Assembly: GCA_963737655.1 (NCBI GenBank)
Contig: CAVTTN010000002.1
Location: 6,560,001-6,624,000 of the forward strand
Direction: 5' to 3'
Source of the DNA: an uncultured Planctomycetota bacterium
Lineage (GTDB): Bacteria > Planctomycetota > Planctomycetia > Isosphaerales > Isosphaeraceae
DNA length: 64,000 nt
The notes under the pieces were generated by a model, which saw nothing but the letters and a program-made list of their open reading frames with translations, did not search any database and was not told the DNA's origin. Numbering within the stretch: position 1 is the stretch's first letter; the number at the start of each line of letters is the position of its first letter. The translations under genes and the position numbers were made by a program. Shown piece by piece: positions 42,877-53,420 of this stretch.

Positions 42877-43203
42877 TCAAGGCTTCTCGGCCGGGTCGCA
42901 ACCGCAAGGGACTTTTCCGCAGCCTCCGGGGCAGGCCCGGCCGTACTTGGTTCGAACGGCCTGATCGAGGTCGATCCCCCGGAGGTTGGCGAGCGTGGCG
43001 AGCCAGGCGAGCACGTCGGCCATCTCCAGGGCGAGTTCCTCGTCGGTCCCCGAGCGCAGGGCGGTGGCCAGTTCGCCGAACTCCTCGGTCAGCCAGAGAA
43101 ACGTCGCCGCGTCGCCGCGGGCGGCATCCTTGGCCCCGTAGAGCTCGCGAATCCGGGCCTGGAGGCCCCGAAGTGTCAGCCCGTCGGTCGATTCTTCGTC
43201 CAT
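42877..43203 (-). CDS. MazG-like nucleotide pyrophosphohydrolase
   Basis: WLTEEFGELA...EMADVLAWL; C-terminal Cys cluster. Confidence 0.88.
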   Translation of the reverse strand: MDEESTDGLTLRGLQARIRELYGAKDAARGDAATFLWLTEEFGELATALRSGTDEELALEMADVLAWLATLANLRGIDLDQAVRTKYGRACPGGCGKVPCGCDPAEKP

Positions 43204-43291
43204 CGCGTGGAAATCTTAAAAGATTCGTCCCGGAGTTGCAAACCCCGTCAGGTTTCTCGCGACGCGTGGATTGCATCCAAGCATCGCGAAG

Positions 43292-43840
43292 TCAGGGCGC
43301 GATGGGGCGGTAAATCTTGACGCTCCCGCCCTTCTGGAGCTCCGACATGACGATCGTGGCCTGGGTCACGGTCAAATTCGGCTTGCCATCGGGTCCGCTG
43401 GCGTTCTGGTGGAGGATGGTGAGGCTCTTTCCCTTGGGCCCGACCGCCGAGACGATCGCCGAGTGATGCGGGAACTTCCTCCGGGTGATGATCAGGCTGG
43501 GTTGTCCGCAATCGTCCACGACCCGGCGCTGTTCCTTGAAGGTGGCCTTCTCGAACTGGACGATATCCCCCGGACGGGCCTCTTTGGCCGACTTCACCGG
43601 CGTCCCCCAGAGGTATTCGCCGTCCGCCGCGGGCTCGCGAAGCACCTTGGCCCCGGCCTCGCGAAGGGCTTCCTGGATGAAGGTCGAGCAGACCCCGTCG
43701 CCGACCTGCTCGCCCAGCTTCGACCGGGCGAACGCGACGACCTTCGGGTTGAAGTCCTCGGGCGGGTCGTCGGCCCCGGCCAACGAGGCGACGAGGGTCG
43801 AGGCCGCGACGACGATCAGGGGGACGACCCGCCTCATCAC
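43292..43840 (-). CDS. Secreted papain-fold (CHAP/NlpC-like) hydrolase candidate
   Basis: GEQVGDGVC, PGDIVQF, PHHSAIV, ILHQN. Confidence 0.6.
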   Translation of the reverse strand: MMRRVVPLIVVAASTLVASLAGADDPPEDFNPKVVAFARSKLGEQVGDGVCSTFIQEALREAGAKVLREPAADGEYLWGTPVKSAKEARPGDIVQFEKATFKEQRRVVDDCGQPSLIITRRKFPHHSAIVSAVGPKGKSLTILHQNASGPDGKPNLTVTQATIVMSELQKGGSVKIYRPIAP

Positions 43841-44451
43841 AGCTCCTCCGCATCGGGCCAGCGATCGGCCAGGGTGAAGAGTCGGGCGATCGGCACCTCG
43901 AACCCCGGCAGGAGGGGGGTGCGGTAGACCTCGGCCTGGCCGAGGATGCGCTCGGAGTTCGCGGGGATTTCGACGACAGTCATGATCCTCTGGAACCGAT
44001 CGACGATCCAGTATTCCTGGGTGCCAATCTCGCCATACTCGGCCCGCTTCGTCTCATAGTCCCTCTTCCGGTTCCGCTTCCCGGCGGAGACGAACTCGAC
44101 GATGATCGTCGGAGGATCGTCGGGGCCGGGCAAACGCCCCAGCCCGGCCCAGATCACGCGGTCGGCCCTTCGGCGGTTCCGCGTCAGATAGATCGTCTCC
44201 TCGGGGATGGTGAAATCGAGGGCGGCCCCCAGGGGATGGTGTTCCTGATAAGCCCGAAGCCAGTAGCCCAGCTCCTCGTTCGGGTCGCGTTCCTTCCGCA
44301 GGGGACTCGGGGCCACGACGAGTACCTCGTTGATGAGTTCATAACGCCAACCTTCCTCGAACTCGGCGGCGTCGAACTCCTCGGGCGAGAGGAGGATGCC
44401 GGCGGACCGGGGGCCGAGCTCAAGCCGATCGATGAGAGTTGCGGTCGCCAT
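43837..44451 (-). CDS. Uma2 family endonuclease
   Basis: YELINEVL, RRAD, IVEFVS, KRAEYGEIGTQEYWIVD, LLPGF. Confidence 0.9.
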   Translation of the reverse strand: MATATLIDRLELGPRSAGILLSPEEFDAAEFEEGWRYELINEVLVVAPSPLRKERDPNEELGYWLRAYQEHHPLGAALDFTIPEETIYLTRNRRRADRVIWAGLGRLPGPDDPPTIIVEFVSAGKRNRKRDYETKRAEYGEIGTQEYWIVDRFQRIMTVVEIPANSERILGQAEVYRTPLLPGFEVPIARLFTLADRWPDAEEL

Positions 44452-44526
44452 GAATTCAGGTCCCTTCGGGGTCGGCCGGCGGGGGGGACGTCGCCCCGGG
44501 CACGAGTGCCGGCCCGCCGCTATGCC

Positions 44527-45264
44527 TCAAGGGCGCGGTTTCGTCCGGAAAACCAGTCTCAGCGCCATGGCCCCCTGCGAATCCGGGCCCTCCCCCAGCC
44601 TGACCCCGGCCACGGCCAGGCCAAGTTCCGGATGGAAAGCCTGGACCTTGTACTGTCCGGGAGGCATTCCCAGGGGCAACCGGAATGACCCGTCCTTCGC
44701 GGTCCTGGTGTAATTCGGGTTCGGGACCACCGAGCAGTGTCCCAGCGGGATGGGATGGATATCGCAGGTAATCGGGACGTTTGCGAAGGGCTTTGTAAAG
44801 GTCTTCTCCCACCGATCGATGTTCGGAGGAAGAGTGAAACCGTACTCCGGCTCGCGAGGCGAGAGGAAATGGATGGAATGAGCTTCTTTCTCCTCGATCT
44901 CGACCACGACCGGCTGGCCGACGACCGCGACGAAGCTCTCGGGCACGAGACGGCCGCCCCGCACCTTGGCCTTCACGGGTTCGAGGGCGCCCGGGAACGT
45001 GACCGCGTCCGTCGCCGACAGATAGACGACCGCATCGGCCACCGGCCCATCCTCGCCGTCGGCCGATTCGGTCCGCACGTGACCGAAGATCGGGAACCGA
45101 TTCCCCAGCTTCGGGTCGATGAGACCGGCGACATGGCGGGAAGGCGGACTCTCCGGCTCGGGTCGCGCGGCGCCCGGCGGGTGACACCCTCCGAGGAGGG
45201 CGATCACCAGCACGAAAACCGCGCGATCCTTCGCGATTTCACCCAGGATGGTTGAGTCGCTCAC
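44527..45264 (-). CDS. Lipoprotein with cupredoxin-like / carboxypeptidase-regulatory-like domains
   Basis: LLGGC lipobox; HSIH, CDIHP, DGSFRL, PPGQYKVQAFH. Confidence 0.7.
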   Translation of the reverse strand: MSDSTILGEIAKDRAVFVLVIALLGGCHPPGAARPEPESPPSRHVAGLIDPKLGNRFPIFGHVRTESADGEDGPVADAVVYLSATDAVTFPGALEPVKAKVRGGRLVPESFVAVVGQPVVVEIEEKEAHSIHFLSPREPEYGFTLPPNIDRWEKTFTKPFANVPITCDIHPIPLGHCSVVPNPNYTRTAKDGSFRLPLGMPPGQYKVQAFHPELGLAVAGVRLGEGPDSQGAMALRLVFRTKPRP

Positions 45265-48095
45265 TTTGCCTTGTCCATCTCCTCGCGGAGGGCCTTGGCG
45301 TCGGGGTGCTCGGGGTCGGCCTTGAGGATGGCGTCGAGCGTGGCCCTGGCCTCGTCGGTCTTCCCCTGGCCGATCAGGACCTTGGCGAGCTTGACCTTCA
45401 CGTCGTTGGGCTTCTTGACCTTCAACTCGATGGCGGTCCGGTACTCCTCGGAGGCGTCGGCGAATTTCTTCTCGGCGGAGAGGACGTCGGCGAGGAGGAC
45501 GTGGTTGGCCGGGTCGTAGACCTGGACGTAGAGGCATTCCAGGCCCCATCTCTCGGCCGCTTCGAGCTCGCCGTCCTTCAGGTGGTATTCGGCCAGGGTC
45601 TTCCTGACGGAGAGGTCGTCGGCGTCGTTGGCGGCGATCATCGCCAGGTCGTTCAGGAGCCCCTTGCGGTTCTTCTGGCGGAGGTGGACCCGGGCGAGGC
45701 CGGCGATCCACTTCGTCTGGGCCGGGTCGTCCTTGCGGGCCGTCTCGTACAGGCTCTCGGCCTCGTCGAGCTTGCCGGCCTTCATCTGCAGCTCGGCGAG
45801 GAGGTCGATCACTCGCTCGTTCGGTTCCTTGGGATCGAAGGCCGGCTCGATGACTTCCAGGGCCCCCGAGTTGTCGCCGATCGACTGGAGGAGCCGAGCC
45901 TTCACATACGAGGCGAGCGGGTGATGCGGCTTCAATTCCAGGGCCTTTTCGGCGAACGGGCGGGCGGCGCGGAGGTCTCTCCGGGCGAAGTGCTCGTAGG
46001 CCATCCTCGCGTTGAGGTCGGCGTCCTCGGGCTTGGCCTTGACCATCTGTTCGAGCTTCGAGAACGGGACCGGCTTCTCGTCCTCGACCCTCGTGCGGAT
46101 CGTCTTCACCACGCCGTCGAGGAACTTCAGGTACTCGGCCTCGAAGTCCTTCTTCTCGACGTTGAAGGAATCCTTGATCGCCTGGTCGGTGGTGAGCCCC
46201 CGCTTGTAGGCGCCGAGCATCTTGATGTTGGCGTCGGGGCCGAATCGCTTGACCATGTATTGAGCGTAAAGCTGGGCCTGGCAATAGGCCATCTGCCGCT
46301 CGTCGGCCTCGCTCGGGCGGATGAAGCCGAGGTTGATCGAGTCGAGGTTCAGGAGCTTCGTCCTCGACGGCACCCTCTCGAGCAACAGCTTGTTCCAGGT
46401 CTGCGGCCTCGGGCTCTGCTCCGACTCGACGGCCAGGGCCTCGGTGTACCAGTGGGGGATGTTGAAATCCGTCTGCTGGAGGTTGATGACGTGGGTCATC
46501 TCGTGGGTGATGACGCGGGCCCAGTTATAGGGCTTGGGCATGCTCCGCGTGCTGGCCATCGCGATGATCTTGCCGGTGCAGGCCCCGACGGTGGGGATGA
46601 AGGGCAGGCCGGTGGTCCGGCCGCTGAACCACTGGTGGTCCTTCATGATCTCGATCTTCGTCTTCGCCGGGAGACGGAAGCCCAGCCTCTTCGCCGCGTC
46701 CTCGTGGATCTGCTCCAGGTAGCGGCTCATATATTTGCCGAGCAATGCGTCCTGCCCGGGGAGGACGAGCACCTGATAATGCTCCGAATCGACCGGGGTG
46801 TACGAGGCCAGGTGCTTGAGGACTTTTTGCATGTTGTCGGCGCGGACGTTGAACGGGTCGGAGGCGAAGGCGGTCGTGAAGAGGTCGCCGGCCTCGTCCT
46901 CGCGGCCGATCTGCATGTAGAGCATCCCCAGGCCGATCTTGGTGTCGGCCCGGTCGGGGTCGCTGGCGATCGACTTGAGGAACGCACGCTCGGCCGAGTG
47001 GTACTTGCGGCGATCGGCCAGCCTCTCGCCCAGGGCGGCCCAGAAGGTGGCCGGCTTCGGGTTGATCGCGACGGCCACGGCCTCCGCCGCGCTGGCGCCG
47101 ACGGGATCGACGACCAGGCGGTAGGCCGCGGCCAGGCGGGCCAGGGCGTCCTCATCCTTCGGGTTCTCGGCCACGGCCTTCTTGGCCGATTCCAGGGCGT
47201 CGCGGAACCGTTCGTCGGAGATGTTCAGGTCGGCCAGGAGGATGTGGGCCGGCGCGTAGTGGGGGTTGATTTCCAGGGCGGACTCAGCTCTCTTGCGACC
47301 CGAAGCGAGCTTGTAGCCCTGCAAATCCGCCTCGCCAAGAGTGACGAGGATCTCGGGCGCCCCGGGGTTGATCTTCCGGGCGAGCGTCAATTCCTTCATC
47401 GCGGCCGGCTCGTTGTAGCCGGAGAGGAACAGCTTGGCCTCGAGCCACGGGGCCTGCCAGTAGGTCGGGTCGGTGCGGAGGGCGGCGTCGTAGAGGTCGT
47501 TGATCACCTCCTCGAGAGTATCCTTGAGGTCTTCGCCCCGTGCGTTCCGGCGATAATCGCGCTCGGCCGCCTGGCCGACGATCACCAGGGCCGGCGCGTT
47601 CCTCGACAGCGCCTTCGGGTCCTTGTTCTGATAGTCGATGAACCACTTGAACGCGGTGTCGGCCTCCTTGAGCTTCCCGGTCGATTCGAGGAGCCGGGCG
47701 AGGACCCATCTCGCGGCGACGTGGTCGTCCTTGATCTTGATCGCCGAATTCGCGAGCGCCTCGGCCCGGTCCCAGTGGCCTCGGTCGAATTCCAGGTCGG
47801 CGAGGCGGGCGGCGGCGTCGGGGTCGGGCTTTTCGCGCTCGGCGAAGGGCTTGAGGGCCTCGGCGGCCTTCTCGAGCTCGCCGGTGGAGGCGAGCGAGTC
47901 GGCCTTCCCGATGGCGGCCTTCACCTTCGCGGCGTCGTCGGGGGTGTCTTTCGCCAGGGCGTCGTAGGCTTCGAGGGCCTCGGCGTACTTGCCGGTCTGA
48001 AGGAGTTTGTGGGCGGCGTCGAAGCCGTCGGGCGGGGCGGCCGAGATCGGGCCGGCGAGAAGGAGAGAGAGGAAGGGGAGGGTCCAGCGTGCCAT
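45261..48095 (-). CDS. Secreted TPR protein with central zinc metallopeptidase (MA-like) domain
   Basis: Signal peptide; many TPRs; THEMTH...PHWYTEALA. Confidence 0.85.
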   Translation of the reverse strand: MARWTLPFLSLLLAGPISAAPPDGFDAAHKLLQTGKYAEALEAYDALAKDTPDDAAKVKAAIGKADSLASTGELEKAAEALKPFAEREKPDPDAAARLADLEFDRGHWDRAEALANSAIKIKDDHVAARWVLARLLESTGKLKEADTAFKWFIDYQNKDPKALSRNAPALVIVGQAAERDYRRNARGEDLKDTLEEVINDLYDAALRTDPTYWQAPWLEAKLFLSGYNEPAAMKELTLARKINPGAPEILVTLGEADLQGYKLASGRKRAESALEINPHYAPAHILLADLNISDERFRDALESAKKAVAENPKDEDALARLAAAYRLVVDPVGASAAEAVAVAINPKPATFWAALGERLADRRKYHSAERAFLKSIASDPDRADTKIGLGMLYMQIGREDEAGDLFTTAFASDPFNVRADNMQKVLKHLASYTPVDSEHYQVLVLPGQDALLGKYMSRYLEQIHEDAAKRLGFRLPAKTKIEIMKDHQWFSGRTTGLPFIPTVGACTGKIIAMASTRSMPKPYNWARVITHEMTHVINLQQTDFNIPHWYTEALAVESEQSPRPQTWNKLLLERVPSRTKLLNLDSINLGFIRPSEADERQMAYCQAQLYAQYMVKRFGPDANIKMLGAYKRGLTTDQAIKDSFNVEKKDFEAEYLKFLDGVVKTIRTRVEDEKPVPFSKLEQMVKAKPEDADLNARMAYEHFARRDLRAARPFAEKALELKPHHPLASYVKARLLQSIGDNSGALEVIEPAFDPKEPNERVIDLLAELQMKAGKLDEAESLYETARKDDPAQTKWIAGLARVHLRQKNRKGLLNDLAMIAANDADDLSVRKTLAEYHLKDGELEAAERWGLECLYVQVYDPANHVLLADVLSAEKKFADASEEYRTAIELKVKKPNDVKVKLAKVLIGQGKTDEARATLDAILKADPEHPDAKALREEMDKAK

Positions 48096-48307
48096 GCCGA
48101 CCTCGCTTGGGCTTGGATGGGCGTTCGCGTCGAGGAGGGGCCGACGGCATCGGGCCGGTTCACGTCCGTGGCCGGACCGTCGCCGTCGATTCTGCATTCC
48201 ATCTTAACGGAGGGCCGACGGCACGGGCTAGGGTGCGATTGCCGACCGGACGTTCGCACGCGATACTCGAACCAGCAATCGCCCCGAGCCCGAGCGGAGG
48301 ACCCATC

Positions 48308-48994
48308 GTGGCCACGATCACCGAATCGCGAGAGGAGCCGGCCGTTTCCGCCGAGGAGCTCACCCTCTCGGACCTCGAACGGATGTTCGGCCCGATGTCG
48401 ATCCGGAGGATTCGCCAGCAACCGGCCCCTGGAACGGCCACCGAGGCCGACGTCCTGGCGATCCATCGTCGAGAAAAGCGGCTCTGCGAGCTGGTCGACG
48501 GCGTCCTTGTGGAGAAGACCGTGGGAGCCGAAGAATCGTACCTGGCCGGGTGGCTCATCACCCTGTTGAACGTCTTCATCCGGCCCCGACGGCTCGGGAT
48601 CGCCCTCGGGGCCGACGGCATGTACCGGCTCGACCCCGGGTTGATCCGCGTCCCCGATGTTTCCTTCATCGCCGTCGACCGACTCCCGGGCCGGAAGTAT
48701 CCCCGAGAACCCGTCTGCTCGATCGTGCCCGACCTGGCCATCGAAGTCCTGAGTCGAGGGAACACACGACAGGAAATGGACCGCAAGCTCGCGGAGTATT
48801 TCGCCAGCGGGGTTCGCCTGGTCTGGTACATCGATCCGAAGACGGAGACCGCTCGGGTCTTCACGGCCGTCGATCAGTCGCGGGACGTTCCGAAGGGTGG
48901 GACGCTGGACGGCGGGGCCGTCCTGCCGGGCTTCGAGCTTTCCCTGCAAGAACTCTTCGCCGAGCCCCTGACCGAACCCCCGCAGAGCCAGTAA
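48308..48994 (+). CDS. Uma2 family endonuclease
   Basis: LCELVDGVLVEK, RVPDVSF, PDLAIEVLS, EYFASGVRLVW. Confidence 0.92.
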   Translation: MATITESREEPAVSAEELTLSDLERMFGPMSIRRIRQQPAPGTATEADVLAIHRREKRLCELVDGVLVEKTVGAEESYLAGWLITLLNVFIRPRRLGIALGADGMYRLDPGLIRVPDVSFIAVDRLPGRKYPREPVCSIVPDLAIEVLSRGNTRQEMDRKLAEYFASGVRLVWYIDPKTETARVFTAVDQSRDVPKGGTLDGGAVLPGFELSLQELFAEPLTEPPQSQ

Positions 48995-49008
48995 TCGGCC
49001 CGGTCCGA

Positions 49009-52000
49009 TCATCTCGCGAACGTAGGGGTCGCGAAGAGGAGGTCTTCGGCCAGGGCTCGGAAGTCGATTCGGTCGCGGAGGGGATCGAGGTCGGCGTCGC
49101 TCGTGAAATTGTCGCGGGATTCGGGGTTGCGGAAGTAGCCGACCGACTCGGCCAGGCGAAGGAGGGCCACGGCTCGGGCCTGGCGGGCGGGGTCGTGGGC
49201 CGAGGTAATCGCCATCACGCAGGCGGCGTTGTAGAGGAGGGATCCGTCCCGAGCCGCCGGTCCATCGACCAGCGATTCGGCCTCGGACGCGGCTCGCTCG
49301 GCCGAGCCGGAGAGGGCGAGGGTCCGGGCCCGGCGGACCTTCGTCGCGGGAATGTCGTCGGCGTCGGCCAGCTCGATGGCCTTCTCGCGGTCGCTGAGGG
49401 CCTCGGGGAACGCCCCGAGGTGTTCGAGGGCGTCGGCCCGGCGGGCGAACGATTTGCCGAGGATGTCTCGGGCCCGGGCCTGCGCCGGAAACCGCCGGAG
49501 AACGGGTTCCAAGACCGCGATCCCTCGGGTCAGCCGGCCTCTGGCCGAGGGGAAGTCGCCGGCCGTGAGGTCGAGACGAGCGAAGTTCAGGCACGTCCCC
49601 CCGAGCTCGACGGCGAAATTCGTCCGATCGGGATACTTCTCGATCAGGGCTTCGTAGTTCGACAGGGCCTCTTGGTATTCGCGACGGGCGGCCTCGACCT
49701 GACCCCTCTCGACCTGGAGGAGGCCGAGGTTCATGTGGGTCATCGCCACGAGGCCCCGATGGACCGGCTGATCGGGATGGTCCCGGGCGAGCTCCTCATA
49801 GATCTTCCGGGCCTCGCGATACGAGGCCTCCGCCTCGTCCAGGCGGTCGAGGTCGCCGAGGAAATTCCCGACGTTCATCAGGCTGATGGCGAGCTCCTGG
49901 CGTGATTCCACGACGTCCGGATGCTCCTCGGCCAGGGCCCGGCGAATGTCCCGGGATTCGATCCCGGTGGCCAGGGCCTCGGCGTTGCGATCGAGCGAGT
50001 AATAGAGGTTCGCGAGGTTGCTCAAGGTGGCGGCCAGCTCCGCGCGAAACATGACGTCGTTGGGGCTGCCTTCGACGAGGCTCCGACGGAGCTTCAGGGC
50101 CTCCTTGTGGGCCGCCTCGGCCTCGGCCAGCTTTCCTTCCTCGACCCGGAGGTTGGCCCTCATGTTGAAAGCGCGGGCCAGCCCTCTCTTGTGGCGAGGA
50201 GAGTCGGGGAACCGCTCGACGAGTCTCTTGCGGATCGCCAGGGCCTCGCGATTCTCGCGGTCGGCGTCGGCGGCCCGGCCCTTCTCGGAATCGAGGACGC
50301 AGAGGTTGTGGTGGACCCAGCCCAGGCCGTTCAGGGCGTCCTCGTTGTCGGGGTCCGTCGCGAGCCGTCCCGATTCCAGGCCGCCGGCCTTCCGGAATCG
50401 AGCCTCGGCCTCGTCGCTCCGCCCGAGCCCGGAGACCAGGTTCGCCAGAGCGATCTCGGTGTCGGCGAGCTTTCCCCGGACTTCGTCCCGGGCGGGATGC
50501 TCCGGGAATTCGCGGTCGAGCCGTTCGAAGGTGGTCTCGGCTCGGCGATAGGCCGTCTCGGCCTCGGCGGTCCGGCCAAGTTTTTCGAGGATGTCGCCGG
50601 CGTCGTAGCTGGCCGAGGCGGCGTCGGCCAGGGCCTCGGCCGAGTCGCTCTGGGGGCGAACGAACTCCTCGTGGAACTTCAAGGCCGCCTCGACGATCTC
50701 GCGCTGGGTCGCGTCCATCCCCCGGATGTCCGGCAGCTTCGGGACGACCTTGGCGAACATCGCCGAGACGACCTTGCGAGACTCCTCCAGGTTCCTCGCG
50801 GCCTGGTCTCGCTGGCCCCGGGCCTCTTCGGCAAAGCGGTCCGCCCGATCCTTTTGCGAGAGGGCCTCGGCCCTCTGGCGATCGATCAGGACGGTGCCCA
50901 CGCCGAGCGAGACGGTCGAGAGGACCAGCCCGACGGCCGCGACGGCCACCCTCGTCCGGTGCTTCCTCGCCCATCGGGCGACCCGGCCAAGGAGAGGCTC
51001 GGCGAAGGCCGAGACCGGCTCGTCGGCCATGAAGCGTTCGAGGTCCTCGGCGAGGGCCCTGGCCGAAGGGTAGCGGTCCTCGGTCCTCCGCGCCATGGCC
51101 TTCAAGACAATCGCCTCCAGGGCTCGGGGCACATCGCGGCGGACGTTTCGGGGCGCCGGGAACTCAGCCCGCCTGGCCCGGCTCATGGCCTCGATCGCGT
51201 CGCACCCCGAGATTGGCGCCCGGCCAGTCACGATCGCGTAGAGCGTCGCCCCGAGGCTGAAGATGTCGGAGAGGGGGCCGACCGAGTCGGTTCGCCCTTC
51301 GGCCTGCTCCGGGCTCATGAACGCCGGGGTGCCGACGACCGTCCCCGCGGCCGTCTCGGTCGAGCCTCCCGAGAGAGGCCGGAACGGGCCGTCGGTCAGG
51401 GTCGTCGCCAGGAGATCGGCGGCCTCCGGGGGCGGCTCGCCCTTGCCGGTGAGGACTTTCGCCAGGCCCCAATCGACCACCAACGTCTCGCCATACGGGC
51501 CCAGCATGATATTGCCCGGCTTCAGGTCGCGATGAACGATCCCCCGACTGTGGGCGTAGCCGATGGCCTCGCAGACGTCCACGAACCGGGAAAGGAGCTT
51601 GCGGAGGCCCAGGGACCCGCCGGCTGGATCGTCCTCGCCGGCCTGATAATGGGCGTTAATCGCGTCCCGGAGGCTCTCCCCGCGGACGAACCTCATCGCG
51701 TAGAACGGACGGCCCGAGACGTCGCGACCGAGCCCGTAAACCGGGACGATCCCGGGGTGTTCGAGCCGGCCGGTGACCTCGGCCTCCAGCAGGAACCGGC
51801 TTCGCGCCTCGGGGGAGTCGGCGAACCGCTCCTGGATCTCCTTCAAGGCCACCTCGCGGTTCAGTTCCTCGTCAATCGCGAGGCTCACCTGGCCGAGGGC
51901 GCCCCGGGCATGAGGGCGGACGATCCGATAGCGCGACCTCCCCGGTTCCGGCCCCTCGCGCCGGCCGGAGACGGAGGGATGGAACTGCGTCGCCTCGGGG

Positions 52001-52335
52001 TCGAGGCGGAAGGACGCAGCGACCCTCGCGATCCGCGAGGCGACCTCCTCTCGCGAGTCTCCCCAGGACTCCAGCTCGGGCGGGAAGCCCAGGGCTCGGA
52101 GGCTTTCCGAGGGGAGGCCGCCGTGGGCCTCCAGGTGGGCCTCGACCAGGGTCTCCAGCAAGTCCAACTGGCGCGGGGAGATGTCCCCTCCGGAGACCAG
52201 GGCTGGGCCGAGGCCCTCCGGGACGGTGGTCGCCCACGCGGCGGCGGCCTCGGCCAGCGACTCTCCGGCCACCAGGCCCACTTGCCGGGCAAGCAGGCCG
52301 AGAAGGAGATCGCGTCGGGCGTCGTTCGGGGGCAT
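49009..52335 (-). CDS. Ser/Thr protein kinase with TM and TPR repeats
   Basis: VALKE, HPGIVP, HRDLKPGN, DWGLAK, GTPAFMSPEQ; C-terminal YNAAC. Confidence 0.95.
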   Translation of the reverse strand: MPPNDARRDLLLGLLARQVGLVAGESLAEAAAAWATTVPEGLGPALVSGGDISPRQLDLLETLVEAHLEAHGGLPSESLRALGFPPELESWGDSREEVASRIARVAASFRLDPEATQFHPSVSGRREGPEPGRSRYRIVRPHARGALGQVSLAIDEELNREVALKEIQERFADSPEARSRFLLEAEVTGRLEHPGIVPVYGLGRDVSGRPFYAMRFVRGESLRDAINAHYQAGEDDPAGGSLGLRKLLSRFVDVCEAIGYAHSRGIVHRDLKPGNIMLGPYGETLVVDWGLAKVLTGKGEPPPEAADLLATTLTDGPFRPLSGGSTETAAGTVVGTPAFMSPEQAEGRTDSVGPLSDIFSLGATLYAIVTGRAPISGCDAIEAMSRARRAEFPAPRNVRRDVPRALEAIVLKAMARRTEDRYPSARALAEDLERFMADEPVSAFAEPLLGRVARWARKHRTRVAVAAVGLVLSTVSLGVGTVLIDRQRAEALSQKDRADRFAEEARGQRDQAARNLEESRKVVSAMFAKVVPKLPDIRGMDATQREIVEAALKFHEEFVRPQSDSAEALADAASASYDAGDILEKLGRTAEAETAYRRAETTFERLDREFPEHPARDEVRGKLADTEIALANLVSGLGRSDEAEARFRKAGGLESGRLATDPDNEDALNGLGWVHHNLCVLDSEKGRAADADRENREALAIRKRLVERFPDSPRHKRGLARAFNMRANLRVEEGKLAEAEAAHKEALKLRRSLVEGSPNDVMFRAELAATLSNLANLYYSLDRNAEALATGIESRDIRRALAEEHPDVVESRQELAISLMNVGNFLGDLDRLDEAEASYREARKIYEELARDHPDQPVHRGLVAMTHMNLGLLQVERGQVEAARREYQEALSNYEALIEKYPDRTNFAVELGGTCLNFARLDLTAGDFPSARGRLTRGIAVLEPVLRRFPAQARARDILGKSFARRADALEHLGAFPEALSDREKAIELADADDIPATKVRRARTLALSGSAERAASEAESLVDGPAARDGSLLYNAACVMAITSAHDPARQARAVALLRLAESVGYFRNPESRDNFTSDADLDPLRDRIDFRALAEDLLFATPTFAR

Positions 52336-52512
52336 CAGCCGCCTCCGCCCGGCCTTGAGGGCCGGGCTCTCGTTCGTCAACGATTGGTCGGGTTTGCGTT
52401 CGATCATCGCAAATACGCGACCCGGAGGCGAGCCGATTGGACCCCCTGGACCGTCCTGCTACAGTGGAGGGGATCGAACACTCTCCGGCACACGTCGAGG
52501 AGCGGGGCGGCC

Positions 52513-53337
52513 ATGACCAAGGCGGACGACGGCTACCGGCTCGTCCTGTTCGACCCTCCGGACGACCCAAAGGAGGTTCGCGACCTGCTCGCCCGAGTGA
52601 CCGGCGCCCATCCCACCGACGTGATGCAGTGGGTGGCTCGATCTCCTGGAATCTGGAACCGGAGCCTTACTCAAGGCCAGGCCCGAGACCTCCTTGACGG
52701 CCTCTTCGACCTCGGCCTGGCCGCCGAAGCCCGCCGCCCCGACCTCATCCCCAATCTCAGCCCGCCCCGGACGATTCACTCCGCCGCGTGCCTGGACGCC
52801 GGCCTCCGCATCGAGGGCCTGCGGGGCGAGCCGACCCACTGGGTCCCCTGGGACAAGGTCGAACTCGTCGTCGCAGGCCGGATCGCCGCCGAGGACGAGT
52901 TCCGCGACATCGTTCCCCCTTCCTGGGTCTCCTCGCTCTCGACCGGCCTGAATGCCCTCCTGAGAAGGCCGCAGATGGTCGCCCGAAGGCAACGGTCGAT
53001 CCGAATCCCCCGCGACCCGGTCGGTGAGGCGATCGTGGTCCGGAAAGATCCCCGGATCGCCTTCCGGTTCGTCGAGAACGCGATGAACTACGCCTCGATG
53101 GGCGAACTCCTCCGGCCCTCCGCGGCCGAGAACTTCCCCCTCTTCCTCAGACAGATCTGCGAGAGGGCCTGCGAGGCCTTCGTCACCCCGACCGCTCATG
53201 CCGTGATCGGTCGCGAGATCCAGGACGAGAGGATCGTCTTCCCTTCCTCGCAGGCCCTCCTCGAAGAAGCGACCCTCCGCCTCCTCTGGAGCTGGTATCG
53301 CCGAGACCGCGACGAAGAGGAGAGGACGCAAGAGTAG
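52513..53337 (+). CDS. Hypothetical protein
   Basis: Strong codon bias, MTKADDGYRLVLFD. Confidence 0.7.
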   Translation: MTKADDGYRLVLFDPPDDPKEVRDLLARVTGAHPTDVMQWVARSPGIWNRSLTQGQARDLLDGLFDLGLAAEARRPDLIPNLSPPRTIHSAACLDAGLRIEGLRGEPTHWVPWDKVELVVAGRIAAEDEFRDIVPPSWVSSLSTGLNALLRRPQMVARRQRSIRIPRDPVGEAIVVRKDPRIAFRFVENAMNYASMGELLRPSAAENFPLFLRQICERACEAFVTPTAHAVIGREIQDERIVFPSSQALLEEATLRLLWSWYRRDRDEEERTQE

Positions 53338-53419
53338 GTGGCATGAAATGCACCTTCTTGACCCCTCCCCTCGGCCCTCGCCACCGACCCGGTTCGGCAG
53401 GAGGGGGGCATTCATGCAC
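53334..53419. repeat. Degenerate REP doublet
   Basis: GTAGGTGGCATGAAATGCACC ... GGGGCATTCATGCAC; similar to the element at 34650. Confidence 0.55.
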
Positions 53420-53420
53420 G

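Noticed and set aside
45252..53337. Very long antisense ORFs (1105 aa, 1138 aa; also 60204-63275, 11292-13853, 57294-59741)
   Set aside because: Shadow ORFs caused by high GC3 codon bias opposite well-supported genes; only the 52513-53337 portion looks real.
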